The translations under genes were made by a program, and so were the position numbers. From the NCBI GenBank assembly GCA_049999805.1, contig JBNGIO010006255.1:185701-221295 (forward strand): 35,595 nt of DNA. Reading direction: 5' to 3'. The stretch is from Folioceros fuciformis (taxonomy: Eukaryota). Under the pieces are notes generated by a model. It saw only the letters and a program-made list of their open reading frames with translations, did no database searches and was not told where the DNA came from. Of the stretch, positions 13,929 to 22,446 are shown piece by piece (positions within the stretch are counted from its first letter, which is position 1; each line of letters begins with the position of its first letter).

Positions 13929-16900
13929 TCACGTATGTAGTATTCTGTAACCAGACCTGCGACATGAGGTATCTTCCTCCACTCCTATCACACGTTGTAC
14001 ATTGAGAGCATTACGCGCCTTCGTCAGCTCCGAAGTTAGAACTTCTAGCAACTCATACAACAAAGTTTGGAGTTCATGCCTGGTATCTCTCACCAGAAAA
14101 GTATGAATCTCTTGATCGTGCTCGATCCAGGTCTTGCCAGGCTCCTTCCTTGCACCTGCTCGTTGTCTCAAGTCCTCTATCTCCTTCGCAGATTCCCACA
14201 TGTCGGCATCGGCATATATAGTTGTCATCAGAGAATACGCAGCAGCTTGTTCAGCCTTGGACTCTACTGCACAATTGAAGGCCCGCCTTCCCAGTGCCAC
14301 GTTCCCGTGTGTTCGGCAAGCGGCAAGCAAACACAACCATATTTTTGACGAAGGCTGCATCGGCATTTCCAGAATCAAACATTCTGCTCTGTCGAAGATT
14401 CCTGCCCGAGCAAAAAGGTCCACCATACAGACATAATGCTCCAGATCTGGGTAAATGGCATGATCTTTGGTCATGCTCTCAAAATAAAACTGTCCTTCCT
14501 CCACCATGCCAGCATGACTGCAAGAGCTCAGGAGTGCCATAAATGTTAGTCTATCTGGTTTCATGCCTGAACGGCACGTATCTTCATATATTTGAACACT
14601 CTTCACGAAGTCTCCTTGGCGAGCATACCCAGCCAGTAGGGCAGTCCATGACACCACGTTGGGCTGGACTACTGAGTTGAACACAAGTTGAGCGTCCGCC
14701 ATACTTCCACATCTTCCGTATGCATGGATCAGACTATTTCCCACTGACAGACTGTCTTGTAGTCTGTTGTCTCTTATAATCCGATGAACCTGCCGGCACT
14801 TATCCAAAGCTCCAGTACTGCAGCATGCTTCCAGCGCGGAGAGCGTTGTTGCTTCGTTTGGTTCCACGCCTTCTGCTTGCATTTGTTCGTAAACCTGCAA
14901 GGCCTTTTCTCCTTGTTCCTGGCGAGCATACGCTGCAATCATCGCGTTCCACAAAGCAACATCTGGGTGGACAATTCCATCAAAGACACGTTTCGCGTCC
15001 GCTATACTTCCACACTGTGCATACATACTGACCAAAGCACTGGACACGGACAAATCTGAATCAAAACCCAAGAGACAGGCCTGGGCATGAATTTCCTTCC
15101 CGTTCCGAAGAGCCTCCATTTTCACCTTGCTCCCAGGAACGGATGACCCTTCAACGGTTCCGGCAAGGATGCAACATGCGTGAAGTGCACCAATCAAAGT
15201 CCATGCATCGGCCGTGAACCCCTCGTGGAGCATTCGGCGAAAGATTTGCAAGCACTTTTCGCCCTGTTGTTGCTCAGCATATGCTGCGATCATAGCATTC
15301 CATGACACAGCATCACGGTGAGATGATTTGTCAAACATGTCCTGTGCATCTCTGAGGGATCCACACTTTGCGTACATACTGACCAGAGAGCTGGCAACAA
15401 ACTTGTTGGTGTCGAGCCCCCTTTCGGCAGCTTGTGCATGTAGTTGCTTGCCCGTCCGCAGAGACTCAACTTTGACTGCCTGCCCCTGCAAAAACGTACT
15501 TCCCTCATTTTCAGAAAGAGAACTGCATGCTTGGAGGGCACCGACGAAGGTCCGAGCATCTGGTTCCACGCCTGTCATGATCATTTGCCTGTAAGTCAGC
15601 CATGCTTCTTCTCCTTGGCCCCGATGAGTGTAAGCTGCAATCATCGAATTCCATGACACCAAGTCTCTGTACGACAACATGGCAAAAACATGTTCCGCGT
15701 CCTTCATGCAGCCACACTTGGCATAAACACGAAACAGAGTGCTTGTGACCAACACATCAGAGCCATAACCTAGCCGTGCCACTTGCATGTGTACATCCTT
15801 TCCCTTCTGCAAGGACGCCACTTTGACAACACCGCCACAAACAAGCGCTCCGTCCTCCTCTTCTGCGAGGATGCCAATCGCTTGAAGCACACTTACCAAA
15901 GTCCAAGAATTTGGCAAGATACCTTCTTCCTGCATCTTGGAGTACATCTGCAGAGCCTTTACTACTTGACGATGATGCACATACGCTGTGATCATCGCAG
16001 TCCACGAAACAACATTCCTCTGAGACAGGTTACCAAACACCTGTTCCGCAAGGGCAATACTCCCACACTTGGCATACACACTCACCAAGGTGTTGCATAC
16101 GGACACGTATGAATCCGAACCCCATAGCACAGCTTCAGCAAATATTCCCCTCCCTTTCTCCAAGGCCCCTGACTTCACACACTGGCCATCCACAACAACA
16201 CCTTCCTCCTGCTCTGCAAGCGCACCACACGCTTGAAGCGCACTGACGAATGTCTGAGCACTCAACCTGACACCCTCCGCCTTCATGGCTGCATATAACT
16301 GCAACGTCCTCTCTCCTTCACCCTGCTGAGCATACGCCGCAAGCATCACATTCCATGACACAACATCGCGATGAGTTAGTCTGTCAAACACCTGCTGTGC
16401 ATCAACGAGGCTCCCACATTTGGCATACATGCTCATCACAGTGCTAGCAACATAAGCGTGCGACCCAAAACCACGTCTCACAGCATCGGCATGGATCCGC
16501 TTACCCTCTTTCAGGTCCCTCAGCCTGCTGCAAACCTTGAGTACGCTAACAAACGTATACTCATTCGGCTCCATACCTTCCTGCTGCATCTGCTCATAAC
16601 ATAGCAGAGCCTCCCGAAACCTCCCGGCCTCGCTATACCCTGAAATGACGGCCGTCCACGAGAACACCGTCCTCCACACCAACCTTCGAAACAGACAGAG
16701 CCCATCAGCAAAGCCCCCACACTTGATGAGCGTGGCAACCACAAGGTCACCCAGAAACCTGTCCGACTCCAGCCCATCCTCAGCCAGACGAGCATGCACC
16801 AACTTAGCCTGCTCGAAATCCTTCTTCCTCCTGCAATCCTGCAACAGACTCGCATACAGGCGCACAGAAGGCACACTTCCACCGCCGCCCACTCTCTCCT

Positions 16901-17072
16901 TCTCAAAAACTCCCCCCACCTTCGCAGCCTGCGTCTCAGTCTTCGAGCCTTCCTTCAAGTCCCAACACATCGCAGCATTCACGGAGGAGTGGTGCCAAAC
17001 AATTTTCTCCACACCTCCTCCTCCTGTCATCCATGGCAAGCCTCTGAGGCCGAGCAAATCAAAATTCACCAT
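13929..17072 (-). CDS. PLS-class pentatricopeptide repeat protein, E+ subgroup, with four 51-aa long-L motifs (candidate organellar RNA-editing specificity factor)
   Basis: Intronless 1047-aa ORF. P/L/S triplets (YAKCGS...VF; VVSWN.MI..Y), P2-L2-S2 (ALLSSCSHAG; HYVCMVDLFARAG), E1, E2 and a PG-box KEPGKTWIE...HTF. It ends without HxE/CxxC. Confidence 0.95.
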   Translation of the reverse strand: MVNFDLLGLRGLPWMTGGGGVEKIVWHHSSVNAAMCWDLKEGSKTETQAAKVGGVFEKERVGGGGSVPSVRLYASLLQDCRRKKDFEQAKLVHARLAEDGLESDRFLGDLVVATLIKCGGFADGLCLFRRLVWRTVFSWTAVISGYSEAGRFREALLCYEQMQQEGMEPNEYTFVSVLKVCSRLRDLKEGKRIHADAVRRGFGSHAYVASTVMSMYAKCGSLVDAQQVFDRLTHRDVVSWNVMLAAYAQQGEGERTLQLYAAMKAEGVRLSAQTFVSALQACGALAEQEEGVVVDGQCVKSGALEKGRGIFAEAVLWGSDSYVSVCNTLVSVYAKCGSIALAEQVFGNLSQRNVVSWTAMITAYVHHRQVVKALQMYSKMQEEGILPNSWTLVSVLQAIGILAEEEDGALVCGGVVKVASLQKGKDVHMQVARLGYGSDVLVTSTLFRVYAKCGCMKDAEHVFAMLSYRDLVSWNSMIAAYTHRGQGEEAWLTYRQMIMTGVEPDARTFVGALQACSSLSENEGSTFLQGQAVKVESLRTGKQLHAQAAERGLDTNKFVASSLVSMYAKCGSLRDAQDMFDKSSHRDAVSWNAMIAAYAEQQQGEKCLQIFRRMLHEGFTADAWTLIGALHACCILAGTVEGSSVPGSKVKMEALRNGKEIHAQACLLGFDSDLSVSSALVSMYAQCGSIADAKRVFDGIVHPDVALWNAMIAAYARQEQGEKALQVYEQMQAEGVEPNEATTLSALEACCSTGALDKCRQVHRIIRDNRLQDSLSVGNSLIHAYGRCGSMADAQLVFNSVVQPNVVSWTALLAGYARQGDFVKSVQIYEDTCRSGMKPDRLTFMALLSSCSHAGMVEEGQFYFESMTKDHAIYPDLEHYVCMVDLFARAGIFDRAECLILEMPMQPSSKIWLCLLAACRTHGNVALGRRAFNCAVESKAEQAAAYSLMTTIYADADMWESAKEIEDLRQRAGARKEPGKTWIEHDQEIHTFLVRDTRHELQTLLYELLEVLTSELTKARNALNVQRVIGVEEDTSCRRSGYRILHT

Positions 17073-17261
17073 GAATCTCGACCAAAGACATCAATCCAGC
17101 TTTCGTCCTACAGCGGTTCGATTCAGTCCAGGCGCGGCAAGCAGCTAGTTCATTTTGGCGGACTGGAATCCCGGGTCCGAAGCGGGTCCCATTGGCTAGG
17201 CGGGTATGCGGAGGGAAACGCTTTCGGTCCGGGAGCCGAGGATGCTAATAATTGCAAATAT

Positions 17262-20200
17262 TCATCGAGTTGGGACAACCTGAGCCAATCTGGCCTGACG
17301 GACAACAACTACAGTCCGGACGTTATGCAATCCGTCCGTCCAGACGATGGAGCCGAAGGAGTAGTCGCGGGAAGGAGGAGCCCCGGTTGCGTTCGCCGAG
17401 AGAACAAGGGTGAAGGAGATCCGGTGGCCGAGGCTGGTGAAAGGCAGCACCGAGGGCGTCACGGCCGCGGCGTAGCCCGTTGGGGGCGTGATGACGACGG
17501 TGTAATTCACCACGGGGGCAGGCCCCACGTTGGTCAGTGTTCTCACCACCGACTCGGATTGGATCAGCCCGTTCACTGTGATGGTCGGGTAGTTGAGGTC
17601 GTGGATTCTGATGGGCACCACAGGGCACGGCAATCCCGTCACCGTCACGATTGCTGTCTCGTTGTATGGAGCTGCCGTGCACAGGAAGGCCACGAATTCT
17701 GCAGGACTGATGTCGTATACCAGTCCGGGGTCCGCGGCATTCACGGGGTTCAGCATTCCTGCTCCGTGGGCGAATGGGGTGCTCATGTTGCCGAAGACGT
17801 CGGTGATGAAGTTGTCGCCGGCGTTGTCGCGCACCGTGGCTGCATGGACGGAGGCGGGAAGAAGGTGAGGGCGTGGAATGAAGAAAGGGGGTTGGCTGAT
17901 GACTAGGTCCTAGCCGGCGAGTGGTGGTGGAGTTGATGGTACCTGTGGTCATGAGAGCTGATTTGATGGCAGCAGGGCTCCAATCTCTGTGCAAAGCCTT
18001 CACCAGAGCGGCCACACCTGAGACGTGTGGAGTTGCCATGGAGGTTCCAGACATGATGTTGAACTCGAGCATCCTGTTGTCGATTCCGTCCTCAGCAGGA
18101 GAGCTGATCGGAGACCATGCTGCTAGGATTTCCACCCCCGGGGCTGTTAAGTCAGGCTGCGTGCAAAGTTGAGGGTTGGTAGGATGTGAGGCAACTTCAG
18201 CATGGAATAAGCAAGCTGGAGAGGCAGGGAGTGAGGTTGTGGGTACCTTGAGGATGTCTGGTTCTGATGGATTCGGTCCTTGTGACGAGAAGTAACCCAT
18301 GACTGGCGCTGGAATGCTTCCCAAGATGGTTAGAGTTTCCAGAGTCGCAGTAGGAGCTCTGTGCATTGGAAGCATCTGTTAGGATCATTCCCATATCCAA
18401 GGAGTTCAACGAAGATAAAGAACCAGCGAAGTGGTGGTGCTGACAAGGTGGCCTGAATGTAGGACAGAACGGCCTCGCCTTGTAAGAAAGGAATTTGAAT
18501 GGCCGGTAGTTCATATGTGAAGGAGCCGAAGTAGTCGTTGGGCAGAATGACGCCTGCCGCTCCAGCAAGTACCGGGCCAGTCAGATTTGCAGAGGTGAAG
18601 TCATCCACGATACATAACAAAATTGCTCCAGAAACCTTGGCTGGATCCAGGGTGCCAGGAATCCCACAACTTCCTCTGCAATACCCAGCACCCGGTCACA
18701 TGAGATGAAATGGATGGCGTTCAATCTGGCAAAGGGTGAAAGAAGGGAACCGGTGGACATGGGCAAGGAAATCTGGCTACGAGCTTACGGAGCTGCGGGA
18801 TTGATAGGAGTGCTTTCGAACCCAGAGCTGCCAGCATACACAAGGGGGTACAGTTTGTCCGTAAGGTTGACCATGTTTGTTCCATAGCCCTAGTGAAAAC
18901 ATGACATAATATGTCAGTTGCAAACCTTGGAGACGAGCCGTTTATGAGGTGGAGGAGGACGAGTGGGTGAGTGAGTGAGTGCTCACCTTGTAGACATCGC
19001 CGCTACCCAGTGTGATGGTGGCTTGGAACCGACGGTCAATGGTGTTGGCACCAACCGTGGTTATCCAAGGAGCCAAATTGACGACACTGGAAGGATCGGG
19101 TCCTGCGTTTCCAGCAGCAGCGGCCACGAAAATGCCTTTCTGAGTGGCGTGCAACGTGCCGATGGCGATGGGATCTTTGAAGTAACTGGGTTGTTTCGAG
19201 CCAGCAAGTGAAAGGGAGATGATGTCCACGCCATCCAAGATGGCATCGTCAAATGCGGCGAGAATGTCAGCATCCGAGCAGCCGGCCTCCCAGCCATTGA
19301 TCCAGCAGATCTGTAGACCACGTGATGGAGAGTGATCAACAGCTCAAAACAATGCTATACAACTGGTGAGCACGACGACCACATTCACCTTGTAGATGGC
19401 AAGGTGGGCCAGAGGGGCCCCGCCTCTAGCGTCTCCGACAGCCAGACCGCCGAGGCCCGCCCCCTGCACCAGCGACCCTGCTGCTGTGGAGGAAACATGG
19501 CTGCCATGGCCTTGCTCGTCTCGAGCCGACTTGATGGATCCTCTGATGTCCAAATGCTCCGCTAAGAAGCCATTGTAGTAGTATCGCGCCCCTATCAATT
19601 TGCTGGCCACCAGCGATGTTCATCGTCAGCGGGCAAAACAAGACATGGCTTCATTCACAACATTGGAATGGAAAGAATGGAGCGATTGCTTTGACGGACA
19701 GGTCCGCTCACTTGTTACATGTAGAGACATTGAACTGCTCTCCCTCGATGCAAGCTCCTTTCCACCGCGGGGGCGGAGGTGGCATTCCCTCGGCTGAGAA
19801 ACTCCTTGCCTCGGGCCACACCCCTGCACAGGTCCGAATCTCACGCATTTCTTCAAATGGAACACAAGGGATCGGGATCCAGCGAATGTCACGCATCCTC
19901 TTCAAATGTGGCACAGGGCCACGCAATCCAACCTGACGTCATGCAATGCACGGTGACCTTCTCTTACCGCTGTCAAACATTCCTATGATGACGCCGCTGC
20001 CAAAATTGGAGGCCTGCCAGGTACCAGTAGGGTTGACAGGGTCTAATCCCAGAAAGCTGTAAGATCTGGTGGTGGCGAGCTTCCACAAATTGCTACGGAA
20101 AACAGACAACACCCCGGGCACCCCTGTGGAAGGTAGAGAACACAAATTCCGATCACTCAGCACAAACAAACCTGCACATCATCCCTTCCACACAATCAAT

Positions 20201-20703
20201 TCGGCGAGGACGAAAGCACCTAACACGGCGTCCGCTTCGTCCTCCGACAACGAGGCTGCGAAGCCATTGAATCCCTTACTGTAACTGTAGTGCACTCTCT
20301 TTCCGCTCTCTTCATGGCTCCTGCGAATTCAAAACCTGCCGATCAGATTCACCCCAATCCAGACAGACCACGCAGCAGCAGCCAACCGATCCAGACTGCT
20401 TACTCCCCGAGAGCACTGCTCAGCGTGTGCAGGTGCAAATCCCTGGCCTCGTGGCTTTGCAAATCCTCAACCTTGTCGCCCATATACACAATATGCACCT
20501 GTACATTAACCCACCACCCAATGCGGACAAGCATTGGTTTCTCTCAGCCCCTGCACATCGAGGGCCCCCTGCTCCCGACCAACGCGCATGCCGGCAACAA
20601 CATGATTGTGGCTTACCTTCCTCCTGACCTGAACCGCACCGCCATTGCCAACCAGCAGGAGGAGCAAGAGCAAGCCCGTGAGGAATGTGCTTGAGCTCCA
20701 CAT
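17262..20703 (-). CDS. Secreted subtilisin-like serine protease (S8A plant subtilase), about 12 exons
   Basis: Signal peptide [19 protein letters not shown] (ATG 20703). I9 prodomain ([30 protein letters not shown]). Catalytic Asp ([13 protein letters not shown]), His ([15 protein letters not shown]), oxyanion Asn (AAAGNAGP) and Ser ([10 protein letters not shown]). PA domain and a C-terminal Fn3-like region (DLNYPTI; RTLTNVG; FGSIVW). Exons join via GT-AG with no disruption noticed. Confidence 0.94.
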
Positions 20704-21200
20704 CCTGCACCGCGTGCTGCTGCATTCCACACGGGGCTCAACTCCGCAGCACGCCGACCGCTTCGTCCAAAGTCGCTCACTAGGCCCTGGATTCTTCCCG
20801 GGACCTTCTACCCTGCCCCGGCCCAAATTGCGTGCTAACCTGTGCTATTGTCTATCGGACACGAGACTCAAGCGTGTTCAGTCTTCAGCGCGCTTTGTCG
20901 TAAGGATTGACTCACTTTAGGCGCGAACGACGACAACGTCTCGCAGATTCGCCTCTGTCTCCGGGAAAGCGAATCATGCCTGAGCGGAATGACCGCAAGC
21001 GTCGTTCGGGTTCCGAGCCGGTGCCGCATCTCCTCAGCCTAGCGGCAAGCTACACCGCAGTGACGGAGTCGGTTCATCAGAAACTGGACAACACGTGCCG
21101 CTCAACACACAACGGGGTGTGTGTGTGTGGGCAACGCATCTGCACACAGTCGGACGAACCTTGCTTCTACGACCTGGACCGGGCCGGCCCTTTCTGTTCC

Positions 21201-21438
21201 CAGGAGCCAACGACTTTGGCAGAACCTGCGAGGAAAATCTGTCGTGCATGCATCTTCGGACCAGCATCAGCCTGCAAGCAGAATGTGGATTTCAAACCCA
21301 AGCCCATTCATTTCAACTCCAAGGAGCCAACTACTTTTGCAGAACCTGCAAGAACAAATCTGTCATGCATACAGCTTCGGACTAGCATCAGCCTGCAAGC
21401 GGAATGTGGATTTCAGACCTAGGCCCAGGGCTTTCAAC
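21201..21438. repeat. Imperfect tandem duplication, two copies of about 120 bp
   Basis: AGGAGCCAAC.ACTTT.GCAGAACCTGC.AG...AGCATCAGCCTGCAAGC.GAATGTGGATTTCA.ACC.A.GCCCA starts at about 21201 and again at about 21321. Confidence 0.9.
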
Positions 21439-22446
21439 AGTACACAGATGCGGCTCCAACACCTAAGCATGGCGGATACGTCTACAAACTACGGCAACTG
21501 AACGATGTGAGATCGCATGGTCTTGAAGAAACAAACAAGTTGGTGAAACATCCGGCAGTATCTTGCTCAGTCCAGAGCTCGGGACTTGCCAGCAACACTT
21601 GTGGAGCTTCTGAGGTGCGGTGCAAGTGATATGACGCGGTCATTTGATATTTCCAGATATTGACAAGGATGAGGTATTGGCAGGCTTTGCGTAATGACAA
21701 CCCAGCAACGTGATGACCGGCCGATTTTCACATTTCGCTGCCAACATTCCGTGCCATTTGCCTCAAAGTATGGCATACCAAAGAGGATACAGGGCACGTA
21801 CTGTTATATTTTTTTTTCAGGACGCGCTTTTTTCTTGTGGATGCGTAGGTTTGTTATAACAGTACTGTACATAGCTCCTGAAATATTGTACATAGCTCCA
21901 TTTCAGGAGTATCTCAAGGTATATATGGAATAAGGCTATACCAAGGTAACGATGGCTTTAGGACCTTCCCAAAGTGGTAATTGCTCACTATGATCATTTA
22001 ATTTTTTTCAAGGGTATTTGAAGGTATATACCCTCAATGGCTATGACAATTGCAAGGGTGCTGCCAAACCAAGGATAGCGGCCTCAGGATTGATTGGGAT
22101 TCATTGATTATGAATGCCTTTGCTTTCTTGCCTCCCTTTCTATTGTTGCATGAAGTGCTTAGGCTTGGCCCCATGTGTGCCTTTGCTTTCTTGCCTCCCT
22201 GTCCAATATTGTCCAAGGAAAGCTGTCATTGTCCATGCAAAGCCGACCTAAATTCCCTCCATATTATATTGAGAAGCCTACTGGAATGGAAAGTGCGCTA
22301 TGATGTATTATATTCATGGTCTCCTTCCGTCGAGACAACGAGAGGGAATAGACTTAAAAAAATTGAGCTGTGGGTAAACAATCTTTGTATCGCCCGTACA
22401 CATCAGCCGCCAGTACATGACACCTGCCATCGATCCGCTCACAAGT

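Noticed and set aside
16794-17906. 370-aa ORF on the + strand
   Set aside because: Antisense shadow of the GC-rich subtilase last exon and PPR N-terminus; no recognisable domain.
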